The notes under the pieces: generated by a model
Told to the model about the DNA's origin: nothing
Seen by the model: only the letters and a program-made list of their open reading frames with translations
Databases searched by the model: none
Assembly: GCA_035292885.1 (NCBI GenBank)
Contig: DATDPG010000187.1
Location: 857 to 64,856, forward strand
Direction: 5' to 3'
Origin: Bdellovibrionota bacterium
Lineage (GTDB): Bacteria > Bdellovibrionota_G > JALEGL01 > DATDPG01
DNA: 64,000 nt
Made by a program: the position numbers and the translations under genes
Part shown: one piece after another, positions 1 through 9,443 of the stretch
How positions within the stretch are numbered: the stretch's first letter is position 1
Layout of the letters: the number at the start of each line of letters is the position of its first letter

Positions 1-7
1 GTCGAAT

Positions 8-884
<877 letters not shown>

Positions 885-1337
885 ATCGCGCTTCTTGGTG
901 GTCGGAGCCTTTGCCCTATCGGTTCATGCGGAACCTCGCGCAACAGGAGACCTCGATATTTGGGTGGAGGCGGCTCCAGAAAACGCGAAAAGGGTGTATC
1001 AGGCCTTGAAGGATTTCGGGGCTCCCCTTAAGGATCTCACGGTCGATGATTTGTCAAAGCCGGGGATCGTGTTTCAGATGGGTCTGCCACCGAACCGTAT
1101 TGATATTTTGACCAAAATTTCGGGGGTGACTTTTGAAGAGGCGTGGACGACGAGGGTGACGATCGACATTTCCGGCTTGAACGTCCCTGTGATTGGAAAA
1201 GAGCTGTTTTTGGTAAACAAGAAGGCAGCTGGCCGCCCGAAGGATCTGTTGGACGTCGATCTCGTTGAAAAGCATTCTCCCCCACCCAAAAAAACCTAAC
1301 TGAACCCCGCAAGCTTCATCGCACCGCCGACGAGGCG

Positions 1338-1385
1338 ATGTACAAGGTGAAAAACAGCACACGCAACCGGGTGGAGGCGGCGTAG
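1338..1385 (+). CDS. conserved 15-codon micro-ORF (MYKVKNSTRNRVEAA) with a 'gagg' Shine-Dalgarno-like motif
   Basis: 'gagg' lies 5 nt upstream of the ATG. The copy at 2088-2135 encodes the identical peptide and differs only at four synonymous third-codon positions. It could instead be a conserved RNA or DNA element. Confidence 0.3.
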   Translation: MYKVKNSTRNRVEAA

Positions 1386-1414
1386 AACTCCGAATCCTGG
1401 TAAAATGACTTCCC

Positions 1415-1612
1415 GTGCGGCGTATTATGAAAATTGATCCTCAAGAGACCGGTACCAACATAAAGGAGGAAGACTTCGATCTCGCTTACTATCGATCGCT
1501 TTCAACAACCCAACGATTTCGCATGATGTTAGACTGGTCCCTTGCGCTAGGAAAGATCGGCACGCGACGTGGCACAGCTCGAAAACCTGCTTCGGTTACT
1601 AAACGCCTATAA
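1415..1612 (+). CDS. small hypothetical protein (65 aa); partner gene of nucleotidyltransferase module 2
   Basis: Overlaps the downstream nucleotidyltransferase gene by 44 nt. Core 'DFDLAYYRSLSTTQRFRMMLDW' is similar to small protein 1. An alternative start is MKIDP at 1427. Confidence 0.35.
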   Translation: MRRIMKIDPQETGTNIKEEDFDLAYYRSLSTTQRFRMMLDWSLALGKIGTRRGTARKPASVTKRL

Positions 1613-2054
1613 AGTCCGATACGTCATCATCGGAGCTGCGGCGTTTGTCGCTCATGGATGGTTCCGCGCCACACGCGACTTGGATCTATTTGTGGCGAAC
1701 GACGATGAGAACCTGGTTCGATTGCGCAAGGCTCTGTCGGAGTTTGGATACGACCTGTCCGACGCTACTACGGAGGATTTTAAGAAATACAAAATCCTTT
1801 TTCGGCAGTACGATTTTCCCTTGGATATTCATCCAATGGTTAAGGGAGCTTCCAGCTTTGAAGGGGTGTGGAAGCGTAGAAAGGCATCGACTATCGGAAA
1901 TGTGCTTACGAATTTCGTCTCGTTGACCGATCTAATCTCGATGAAACGAGCCGCCGGGAGACCGAAGGATCGCATCGACCTTGAGCAATTACGAAAACTG
2001 CAGCGAAAAAATTCAAAAAAAGGGAAAAAGAGAAGTCGGCCTCGATCAAACTAG
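1569..2054 (+). CDS. minimal nucleotidyltransferase-fold protein (AbiEii/MNT-like), module 2
   Basis: 'YVIIGAAAFVAHGWFRATRDLDLFV' and C-terminal 'AAGRPKDRIDLEQL', followed by a lysine/arginine-rich tail. It aligns with nucleotidyltransferase 1 along its whole length. Confidence 0.7.
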   Translation: MAQLENLLRLLNAYKVRYVIIGAAAFVAHGWFRATRDLDLFVANDDENLVRLRKALSEFGYDLSDATTEDFKKYKILFRQYDFPLDIHPMVKGASSFEGVWKRRKASTIGNVLTNFVSLTDLISMKRAAGRPKDRIDLEQLRKLQRKNSKKGKKRSRPRSN

Positions 2055-2087
2055 GAAAGCCTCCCGAGCCACGCCGCCGGCGAGGCA

Positions 2088-2135
2088 ATGTACAAGGTGA
2101 AAAACAGCACCCGCAACCGCGTCGAAGCGGCGTAG
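2088..2135 (+). CDS. conserved 15-codon micro-ORF, second copy (MYKVKNSTRNRVEAA)
   Basis: Same peptide as the copy at 1338-1385. 'gagg' lies 5 nt upstream of the ATG. Its stop codon abuts the stop of the convergent lipoprotein gene. Confidence 0.3.
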   Translation: MYKVKNSTRNRVEAA

Positions 2136-2136
2136 A

Positions 2137-3234
2137 CTAAGGCGTTATTGGCGTGAACAACGTGTAAAACGCCACAGCGGCCGAATAGTCTGCCCGGTAG
2201 TAGTAACAGAGATTTGGCGCGCCCGATTGGTAATTGACATTCCCAAACGAAGGACCGGTATATCGTCCGTTGGCATCTGTCGTCGCCTGAGTGCCGTATT
2301 GTGCCGAGGGTAGAATATCAATTGGGTTTGTAGGGCACGTGCTGTAATAGCCTACTCGATACCTGATATCCTGATTTGGAACAGCGGTGCACCCTTCGAA
2401 AAGCAACTGCAGTGTTGGCATAAAGGCCGTTTGGTTGTCCGGCTGCGATGTCGGCAACACCGCATCCAAGGAAAGAAATCGCAGTGTGGGCCACGTCTGA
2501 ACCGTGGTTTTGCTTGGAGGCACGTTTGTGCCGACCGGCGCTTCGACTAAAATATCCCCGACAGCGGGTGGTGTTGCTCCGGCATTCGCGGGGGCACGTA
2601 CAATAAACGAGATCTTGCCACCTCCGTCTGTTTGTAAGTCGACCGACTTCGTATCCCCATTCAATATAAGACCATTCTCAGGGGTAACTTTCAGGAGAAG
2701 GCCCGAAACACCGTTGTTGTACTTATCGCTCAACTTCACTACCCACTTGCTTTCTTTGTCAACGCTCGTGCACGTTGCTGCAGTAACAGGCGATAATGTT
2801 GTCGGAGCATCTCTTACTGCCATGACATCAAAAAAAACCGTCCGATTTTCGTCGTTGTTCGGGTCGGGAAGCAATCGAGCCTTCACCTTCGCAGCGCCGG
2901 CGACGGTCGTCAGCTCGGCGGACACTGTGGCTTTGCCGTCCAAGTCTGTCTGAATTTCCGAAGCTCCCAAGCGAACCGGGCCGGATTCGACACCAAACTC
3001 CACTTTTGCACCGATCAACGGGTTACCGGAACCATCGATCGCAGCAACGACCAGATCGGAAAGTTTTGTCGTCACGGTTGCGCTTTGGCTGTTCCCACCC
3101 ACGATGATCAAACGTTCGGCGCCTGTCGCCTGTTGCTGAAGGTTTTGCCTTGTCGGTTCATCCTGAATTCCGCACGAAAAGACGAAGGCAAAAAGTGAAA
3201 GGGGAATTGCCTGGAATTGAATTTGTCTGGGCAT
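2137..3234 (-). CDS. secreted lipoprotein with a bacterial Ig-like (Big_1/invasin-like) domain
   Basis: Signal peptide plus lipobox 'LSLFAFVFSCG'. GGAG sits 6 nt upstream of the ATG at 3234. Big-like stretch 'LSDLVVAAIDGSGNPLIGAKVEF'. The six-frame ORF extends to 3384, but the start with the ribosome-binding site is at 3234. Confidence 0.65.
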   Translation of the reverse strand: MPRQIQFQAIPLSLFAFVFSCGIQDEPTRQNLQQQATGAERLIIVGGNSQSATVTTKLSDLVVAAIDGSGNPLIGAKVEFGVESGPVRLGASEIQTDLDGKATVSAELTTVAGAAKVKARLLPDPNNDENRTVFFDVMAVRDAPTTLSPVTAATCTSVDKESKWVVKLSDKYNNGVSGLLLKVTPENGLILNGDTKSVDLQTDGGGKISFIVRAPANAGATPPAVGDILVEAPVGTNVPPSKTTVQTWPTLRFLSLDAVLPTSQPDNQTAFMPTLQLLFEGCTAVPNQDIRYRVGYYSTCPTNPIDILPSAQYGTQATTDANGRYTGPSFGNVNYQSGAPNLCYYYRADYSAAVAFYTLFTPITP

Positions 3235-3390
3235 CGTGGACTCCATGGTTGAAACTGATGCGCAATAAGAGCAAAGAAAATGCCAGAGATAAACAGGAAA
3301 AATAATCCTTAAATCCAGGTAGTTAGATGAAACATCCTTTTGAGCAGCGCGACTTTCCAGAAATGGAGTCGCGTTTTCGGTCACAAGACA

Positions 3391-3430
3391 AAAGAAAAGG
3401 GCGGCCGTTTCGGCCGCCCTTAACTTTTTT
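3391..3430. terminator. bidirectional intrinsic terminator hairpin
   Basis: Stem 'gggcggccg-tttc-cggccgccc' is flanked by an A-run upstream and a T-run downstream. It lies immediately downstream of the minus-strand lipoprotein gene that ends at 3450. Confidence 0.6.
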
Positions 3431-3449
3431 GGCTCTCAACTAGTCGAGA

Positions 3450-4802
3450 CTAGTTGAGTGTCGCCGTGAATACCTGATTAGGCGCACCCGTGTTCACATT
3501 GTTGAGCGCCCCACTAGCAGCTGTTTCAACGCCATCACAGTCTCCGTAGCCGGACACTACGTTCGCGCCTGGATCGTTTGCAACGCTGATACCTGCATAC
3601 CCACCGTTGATCGAGTAGATAGCACCAGCGTCCTCACCCGAGGCGGGCGTAAGAAACACACCACCAAATGTCCAGGTGTAGCCTAAGTCGCCGCCGCTCG
3701 GAGCGACCAAATATGTCGGCGTAAGTGTAACCGTGTCTCCGGTCACATCCACAGTCGCCTGTTCGGATGCGGTATTGTCCACATTTGGGTTCGTCGTAGC
3801 GTTCGGGTCCGCCGCGATGTCAAAGCTCGGTGTGCTAACCTCCGCTGCTACGCAGTTTGCGCCACCGACAAGGCTGGCATCCCGGTTCAGGACGATCGTG
3901 ACAGGGCCATTCTCGCCAATCCGATGATTGCCGTCATCGATATTGGAATAGATCGCAAAGAGACCCGTTCCGCTCGCACTCAGCGATATCGTCACGAAGT
4001 TATCATCCACGCCAACGGTGAACCCGCCGAAGCCCGTGTATGAGACCACAGCACCATCGACTTCATCCGTCGCATGGGCGGCGCAGTCATATGACGCGCC
4101 CTTGGTCAGTGTCGAGCCAGCGAATACCACTACGCCACTAGCATCGGTCGTGCCTGAAACGATCGGATTAAAGTCGTTGTCCGGGTCGATGTAATTCGAC
4201 ACACCGGGGTCGCCGACAACGTCAAAGTCGTTGCTGCCGTTAAATACACAGCGAACCGACACATCGGGGATTCCCCGGCCGCTCAACTCCGCGAGAACCG
4301 TGTAGTCATAGCTGATTCCCGTCGGGAAGATTCGGATGTTTGCATACAATCCCGGGCTGCCCGCGAATTGCGGCTCATTGCCGAATGCCGCTCCATAAAA
4401 GTCCGTGGCCGCATCTGGATCGATGAAGACGGTTCCACTGAATCCTTCGTAACCGCTTCTCTGCACAAACACCGGGAAAAAGACACCCGTGGGAAGGCCG
4501 CGGAAGAGGTAGCAGCCATTCATGCTGACCGTATTGGTCGTGTTGGAATCGCCCGTGCCGCAAGGCTGGGCGGTCTTGAACGATCCGTCGACCAAAGCAT
4601 AGATCTGATCTGTCGAATTATTGTCATCGGCATTATTGGTCGTGCCGAAAAAGTTCAGTTTCTCGCCGGATTTCGCATCCACGACGAAACCGACCAAAAT
4701 TCCGTTGCTGGCCGAAATCGAGCCGCCTTCGGGGCCGCTGGAACTGCAGCCGACCGCCGTCAGCGCGATGAGCGGCAGAGTTGCTAAAAGTAACTTCTTC
4801 AT
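3450..4802 (-). CDS. hypothetical lipoprotein
   Basis: Start 'MKKLLLATLPLIALTAVGCSS' is a signal peptide plus lipobox. GGAGG sits 6 nt upstream of the ATG at 4802. Gly/Asp/Asn-rich secreted domain with no recognisable catalytic motif. Confidence 0.65.
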   Translation of the reverse strand: MKKLLLATLPLIALTAVGCSSSGPEGGSISASNGILVGFVVDAKSGEKLNFFGTTNNADDNNSTDQIYALVDGSFKTAQPCGTGDSNTTNTVSMNGCYLFRGLPTGVFFPVFVQRSGYEGFSGTVFIDPDAATDFYGAAFGNEPQFAGSPGLYANIRIFPTGISYDYTVLAELSGRGIPDVSVRCVFNGSNDFDVVGDPGVSNYIDPDNDFNPIVSGTTDASGVVVFAGSTLTKGASYDCAAHATDEVDGAVVSYTGFGGFTVGVDDNFVTISLSASGTGLFAIYSNIDDGNHRIGENGPVTIVLNRDASLVGGANCVAAEVSTPSFDIAADPNATTNPNVDNTASEQATVDVTGDTVTLTPTYLVAPSGGDLGYTWTFGGVFLTPASGEDAGAIYSINGGYAGISVANDPGANVVSGYGDCDGVETAASGALNNVNTGAPNQVFTATLN

Positions 4803-4967
4803 TTCATTCCTCCAATTCAATGTGTGAGTTGCGTCCTTTTACGTTTAAATCGGTCGGAAGCCCTATCTGGTACATCCTGGTACGAAGCTGCCGAGTAGTG
4901 CCCGAATTCTGAAGGATCCCTAAAGGTTGTCAAACTTTTTTGGCCTGGTATCCCTCGGGGTCCCGCT

Positions 4968-5906
4968 ATGAGTCGCCTGGAAGAGATCGTATCGGCCAAA
5001 CTGGCTCTCTGCCCCAAAGAGGCGGCTGAGCCCTTCCTCTCTCTCTTGGCGGCTAAGCTGGGCGAGCGCGCCTCCGGAATCGTCCTCTACGGCTCTTGCC
5101 TCAATCCGGCGACGCGGTCGGAGAGCTCCATCCCCGATTTTTACGTGGTCGTACCGAATTACTGCCAATTCTACGGTTCGATCTCGCAAGCGCTCTTAAA
5201 TTGGTTCCTCCCTCCCAGCATTTTTCATGTCCGCGCGGGTGAAAGGGACGCCAAATACAGCGTCATTTCCGAAAAGGATTTAAAGCGCGAGACTTCTCCT
5301 CGCGCCCGGGACGTTTATCACTTGGGCCGTTTCTCGAAACGGATTGCCATCGGCTGGGCCCGGGACGAATCCGCCCGGTTGTTTCTGGCTTCGCGGCAGG
5401 TATCGGCGATGCGGGCGGTGGCGCAACGGGTCTATTTCTCGCTGCCGGAGACATTCTCGATTTCCGATTTGGTTCTGCAGGCGCTTAACTTGAGTTATTT
5501 GGGGGAATTCCGCGTGGAAGCCACGGACAAGGTCGATCGGTTGTACGAGGCGGAGAAAGATTACTATGACGCCGCTTTCGGAGCGGCCCTTGAGGAGATG
5601 TCTTCGGCGCCATGGAATGTCACGTACGATTCCGCTTCTCGGGTATATCGCCGGCCCAGGCGAACTTCGTTCGATCTTTGGGGAAGGTATCGTCTTTCCC
5701 GCTTTCTCCGCCGAAGCCGATGGAGAGCGAAACTACGCTGGCCGAAGGGGATTATTACCGTTCCGAACTGGCTGGATTATCTGCTGGCCAAAATCGAGCG
5801 GACGCACGGAATTAAAATCGAGCTTTCAGAAAAGGAGCGCCAGCATATCTTCATCTATGGATGGAAGTACTTTTTTCACTTACGTCGGAAGAAGGTTTTG
5901 AGATAG
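4968..5906 (+). CDS. nucleotidyltransferase-fold protein, Tam41/Mmp37-like (possible CDP-diacylglycerol-synthase-like)
   Basis: 'GIVLYGSCLNPATRSESSIPDFYVVVPNY' fits the minimal nucleotidyltransferase GS...D.D pattern, and the overall length and layout resemble Tam41/Mmp37. The family assignment is tentative. Confidence 0.4.
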   Translation: MSRLEEIVSAKLALCPKEAAEPFLSLLAAKLGERASGIVLYGSCLNPATRSESSIPDFYVVVPNYCQFYGSISQALLNWFLPPSIFHVRAGERDAKYSVISEKDLKRETSPRARDVYHLGRFSKRIAIGWARDESARLFLASRQVSAMRAVAQRVYFSLPETFSISDLVLQALNLSYLGEFRVEATDKVDRLYEAEKDYYDAAFGAALEEMSSAPWNVTYDSASRVYRRPRRTSFDLWGRYRLSRFLRRSRWRAKLRWPKGIITVPNWLDYLLAKIERTHGIKIELSEKERQHIFIYGWKYFFHLRRKKVLR

Positions 5907-6004
5907 CTCCTAACAACGTGACGGCGCACTTTAATTGCTTAGTTATAACAATGTCTTAGGCTCGGAAAATGAGTTACGGAGTCGGCGTGAACACAAACGA
6001 ACAT

Positions 6005-6040
6005 TTGACTAGTAGGTCATTTCAAAATATAGTTAACTAG
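6005..6040 (+). promoter_or_regulatory. sigma70-type promoter plus palindromic operator for phd-vapC
   Basis: TTGACT (6005-6010), 17-bp spacer, TATAGT (6028-6033), then the palindrome 'agttaact' just before the ATG at 6044. The resulting transcript would be nearly leaderless. Confidence 0.45.
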
Positions 6041-6043
6041 TCT

Positions 6044-6340
6044 ATGAAAACCGTTCCCGTCAGCCAACTGAAGAGTCGCTTGAGCGAGTATTTGCGAAAG
6101 GTCGGCCAAGGAGCCCGGTTTGTCGTAACCGACCGCGGAAAGCCAATCGCCGAGCTGGCGGCATACGGCACGCTGTCGACGGGAGCCGATCCCGTCAAAA
6201 TTCTCCTGCATCAGATCGAGTTCCGGGGATCGGTGCGCGGCCCGCTGAAGCCGGGCCCGCTTTCGGTGACGCCGAAACGTCCCCGTTTTCACGGCACGCC
6301 CGCTTTGGACCTCATTCTCCAAGACCGGCGCAACTCTTGA
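6044..6340 (+). CDS. Phd/YefM-family type II antitoxin
   Basis: 'MKTVPVSQLKSRLSEYLRKVGQGARFVVTDRGKPIAEL' is the canonical Phd/YefM N-terminus. It overlaps vapC by 4 nt. Confidence 0.8.
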   Translation: MKTVPVSQLKSRLSEYLRKVGQGARFVVTDRGKPIAELAAYGTLSTGADPVKILLHQIEFRGSVRGPLKPGPLSVTPKRPRFHGTPALDLILQDRRNS

Positions 6341-6768
6341 TCTTCATCGATTCCAGCAGCTTCATTAAGCACTATGTTGCCGAAGAAGGCACGGCGGAAG
6401 TCAACGCGCTCTTGTCGAGCAGTTCCGAAATCTTCGTCGCCTGGCTTTCCCTTTCCGAATGCCTGGCGGCGCTTGCGCGCCTGGAACGACAGAAACTCCT
6501 CACACGTGAGGAGTTCGGCGTAACAAAGAAGAATTTCTTGGAGGATTGGGAGCGGCTTCGCATTGTTCGCGAAACCGCCGAACTCGAGCCGATTGTCATC
6601 CGATTGATCGGAAAACATCCACTTCGAGGAGCGGACGCGGTCCAGCTGGCGTCCGCCGTCTACCTTCGGGAATACGATCTCCCGGTAACGTTTGTCTGTT
6701 CCGACCGGCAGCTCGCGAACATGGCGCTGGAAGAAGGATTTAAGACTGAAACGCCCGGCGCGGCGTGA
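6337..6768 (+). CDS. vapC: PIN-domain toxin (VapC)
   Basis: 'IFIDSSSFIKHY' supplies the N-terminal PIN acidic residue, and further conserved D/E positions follow. The annotated start is TTG, overlapping the phd stop. Confidence 0.8.
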   Translation: MIFIDSSSFIKHYVAEEGTAEVNALLSSSSEIFVAWLSLSECLAALARLERQKLLTREEFGVTKKNFLEDWERLRIVRETAELEPIVIRLIGKHPLRGADAVQLASAVYLREYDLPVTFVCSDRQLANMALEEGFKTETPGAA

Positions 6769-6794
6769 CACATTTCCGCACGGAAGGAGACACC

Positions 6795-7622
6795 ATGCTC
6801 AAACAGAAAAAGATCGGCATTATCGGTTCCGGCAACATGGCTCGGGCACTGGTCTCCGGACTGCTGAACGGAAATCACGCGTCTAAATCCAACATTTGTT
6901 CATCCGATCATCGGGAGACGAAAGTAAGAACGTTGGCGAAGGAATTCGGAATTTTCACGACGACCGACAACAGCGAGGTCGTCACACGCTCCGACATCAT
7001 CGTTCTGGCAGTGAAGCCGCAAGCGCTGGAAAAAGTTCTCCGGGAAGTTGGAGCGAAAGTGACTTCCAAAAAATTGGTCGTGTCGATGGCGGCGGGCGTG
7101 CCGATCGAATCGATTGAGAAGAAATTGCCCAAAGGCTCCCGGATCGTCCGCGTGATGCCCAACGTGGCGGCCTTGGTCGGGGCGGGCGCCGCGGCGCTGG
7201 CCGTCGGCGAGCATGCTTCGGAAGAGGATCTGGCCCTGGCACGGGCGCTGTTTGAGGCCGTCGGAATCACCGTGGTCGTGGAAGAAGTGCAGCTCGACGC
7301 CGTCACGGGCCTGTCCGGAAGCGGGCCGGCCTATATCTTTCTGGTGATCGAATCGCTCGCGGACGCCGGCGTCAAAGTCGGCCTCTCGCGCGACATCGCG
7401 CTGAGTCTTGCGGCGCAGACCGTTCTTGGAGCGGCCAAATTGCTGATTGAAACCGGCGAACATCCCGGGCGATTGAAAGACATGGTGACTTCGCCCGGCG
7501 GCACCGCCATCGCGGGAATTCACACGCTGGAAGAGGGAGGTCTTCGCACCACGCTGATCAACGCCGTCGAACGCGCCACGATCCGCTCGCGCGAGCTGGG
7601 CGCATTATTCAACGTGAAATAG
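6795..7622 (+). CDS. proC: pyrroline-5-carboxylate reductase
   Basis: 'KKIGIIGSGNMARALVSGL' Rossmann motif and a ProC dimerisation domain. AAGGAGA ribosome-binding site lies 7 nt upstream of the ATG at 6795. Confidence 0.9.
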   Translation: MLKQKKIGIIGSGNMARALVSGLLNGNHASKSNICSSDHRETKVRTLAKEFGIFTTTDNSEVVTRSDIIVLAVKPQALEKVLREVGAKVTSKKLVVSMAAGVPIESIEKKLPKGSRIVRVMPNVAALVGAGAAALAVGEHASEEDLALARALFEAVGITVVVEEVQLDAVTGLSGSGPAYIFLVIESLADAGVKVGLSRDIALSLAAQTVLGAAKLLIETGEHPGRLKDMVTSPGGTAIAGIHTLEEGGLRTTLINAVERATIRSRELGALFNVK

Positions 7623-7647
7623 AAGATCCTTCGCGTGTATAATTGAA

Positions 7648-7938
7648 TTGATGCTGCCCCCTCTCTTCCATGATCTCGCCTGGGACGTTGATCCAGCCGC
7701 CGTAGACCCCGCGCTTCACCGCCGGTGGTTGATCGCGAGAGTCCTGGGAAGAGGCACACTCAAGCAGGTCTACGCTATAGAGAAAATGGTCGGCCGAAAA
7801 ACCATCGAGGAGTTTTTCCGGAACGGGGGCTTGGATCAAGTGGATGTCCAGACCGGTTCGCTTTGGCTTACGCTCCTCGATTTGCCGAGGGAAGAATGCA
7901 CACGGAGATCCTCACCGTCGAGCAGCTGGAAATTCTAG
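7648..7938 (+). CDS. hypothetical small protein; possible cognate antitoxin of the AbiEii-like gene
   Basis: 96-aa ORF whose 3' end overlaps the start of the AbiEii-like gene by 44 nt. No recognisable domain. Confidence 0.25.
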   Translation: MMLPPLFHDLAWDVDPAAVDPALHRRWLIARVLGRGTLKQVYAIEKMVGRKTIEEFFRNGGLDQVDVQTGSLWLTLLDLPREECTRRSSPSSSWKF

Positions 7939-8531
7939 ACAGAGTATCCGAGACAGGAGGGACGCCGTTTCATTTGGCCGGCGGCACCGCTTTGGGCTTG
8001 ATCCTCGGGCACCGAAAATCCGTCGACTTTGACTTTTTTTCAAACGCGGAATTCGATGTCGAAGAACTCTATCAGGAATGGAGCCGACGTCTGCCCGGTT
8101 TTCGCCGGACACGCCAGGCGCCCCAAACGCTTTTGGCCACATGGAAAACTGTTTCGGTGAGCTTCTTTCGCTATCGATATCCCGAAATCGCCCCTTTGAT
8201 CCCAACACCGTGGAAGTTCGACCTGGTCGGCTTGGAAGACATCGCCGCCATGAAACTGGAGGCCGTCGGCGGGCGCGGAAGCCGAAAGGATTTCATCGAC
8301 CTTTATTTTCTTTTGCAGGGGCATTTCACGTTGGAGGACGCGTTTCGCTTCTTCGAGCGGAAATTTAAAGGTACGGGCTACGATCCCTACCATCGACTGC
8401 GCAGTCTGTCTTACTTCGCTGAGGCCGACGGCCAGCCGATGCCTGAAATGTTCATGCCGGCGGAATGGACGAAGATTAAGGATTTCTTTTCGGCCGAGGT
8501 CCGCCGGATGTGGGGAAAACCGCTTCAGTAA
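7895..8531 (+). CDS. nucleotidyltransferase AbiEii/AbiGii-family (DUF1814-like) protein
   Basis: 'FHLAGGTALGLILGHRKSVDFDFF' matches the AbiEii GG...R.S.D.D motif. The six-frame ORF starts at 7725; the start used here is the ATG at 7895 (MHTEILTVEQ). Confidence 0.7.
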
Positions 8532-8537
8532 ACCCCG

Positions 8538-8639
8538 TTACGAATAAAACCGCGCTTTTCGTTTCTTTTCGTGGCGCTTCAGACGCGCTTTACTCTTGGC
8601 CGTTTTGCGCCGATTCCGACTCTTTTTCGTCTTTTTCAT
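8538..8639 (-). CDS. very basic 33-aa ORF (MKKTKKSRNRRKTAKSKARLKRHEKKRKARFYS) in a low-GC patch
   Basis: ATG to TAA in a ~100-nt low-GC island between convergent genes. Only a weak Shine-Dalgarno motif. It may be spurious or a small basic protein or sRNA locus. Confidence 0.2.
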   Translation of the reverse strand: MKKTKKSRNRRKTAKSKARLKRHEKKRKARFYS

Positions 8640-8666
8640 GATCGCCATGGGCGCTCTCTTACCGAA

Positions 8667-9443
8667 TTAATAGACCACGCGCCAGAGAAAGAGTCCCTGA
8701 GCCGGGGCGGAAACGCCGCTCTTCTCTCTCCTTTTGGAGGCGAGGATATCAGGAATGTCCGAAGGTTTTCGCTTCCCCTGCCCTACTTCGACCAATGTTC
8801 CCACGATGTTCCGAACCATCTGCTTTAAGAAACCGTCGGCCGTGATCTCAAAATAGAGAAGCTCCAACGGCCCGCTCCCCCACACTGCTTCTCGAACAGT
8901 CCTTTCCGTGGTTTTGGTCTCCGTTCCCCGTGTCCTGAACGCGGCAAAGTCGTGTGTCCCGACCAGTTGTTTGGTCGCCTCCCTCATCGCCTCCAGGTCC
9001 AAGGCCTGGCGAACGTGCCACGTGTAGTTTCGCAAAAACACGAGCGGCTCGGCGCCGATCTGAAAGAAATAGCGATACGTCTTTTCTTTCGCTTCGGGGG
9101 CGTGAAACAAAAGTTCGGCCTCCTCGGAGCGGTAAACGCGGATATCGGGCGGCAGAAGCGTGTTGGTCCCGTCGACGAACGCCTCCACCGGAGTACGCGA
9201 CGTTCGAAGTGAAAAACTGGCGACCTGTTGCCGGGCATGAACCCCGGCATCGGTCCGGCCGGCGGAAAAAAGCGTCACCTTTTCGTCGGCGATCTTGCCG
9301 AGCGCCCTTTCCAAAAGTCCGTGGATCGACGCCCCCTTCAGCTGCCGCTGCCAGCCGACGTACGCGGTCCCTTCGTATTGCACGTCGATCCGAATCGTCC
9401 GCCGGGTACCAGGAGGCGGACCGGGTCGAGGCCCTCTTCGCAT
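8667..9443 (-). CDS. truA: tRNA pseudouridine(38-40) synthase
   Basis: 'SAGRTDAGVHA' carries the catalytic Asp motif. 'RYFFQI' and 'DFAAFR' are further TruA hallmarks. The true start may lie downstream of the annotated ATG. Confidence 0.9.
   Translation of the reverse strand: MRRGPRPGPPPGTRRTIRIDVQYEGTAYVGWQRQLKGASIHGLLERALGKIADEKVTLFSAGRTDAGVHARQQVASFSLRTSRTPVEAFVDGTNTLLPPDIRVYRSEEAELLFHAPEAKEKTYRYFFQIGAEPLVFLRNYTWHVRQALDLEAMREATKQLVGTHDFAAFRTRGTETKTTERTVREAVWGSGPLELLYFEITADGFLKQMVRNIVGTLVEVGQGKRKPSDIPDILASKRREKSGVSAPAQGLFLWRVVY

Noticed and set aside
1300-2140. The conserved 70-nt junction elements as integron attC sites
   Set aside because: There is no RYYYAAC/GTTRRRY core pair, no extended imperfect palindrome, and no intI in the window.
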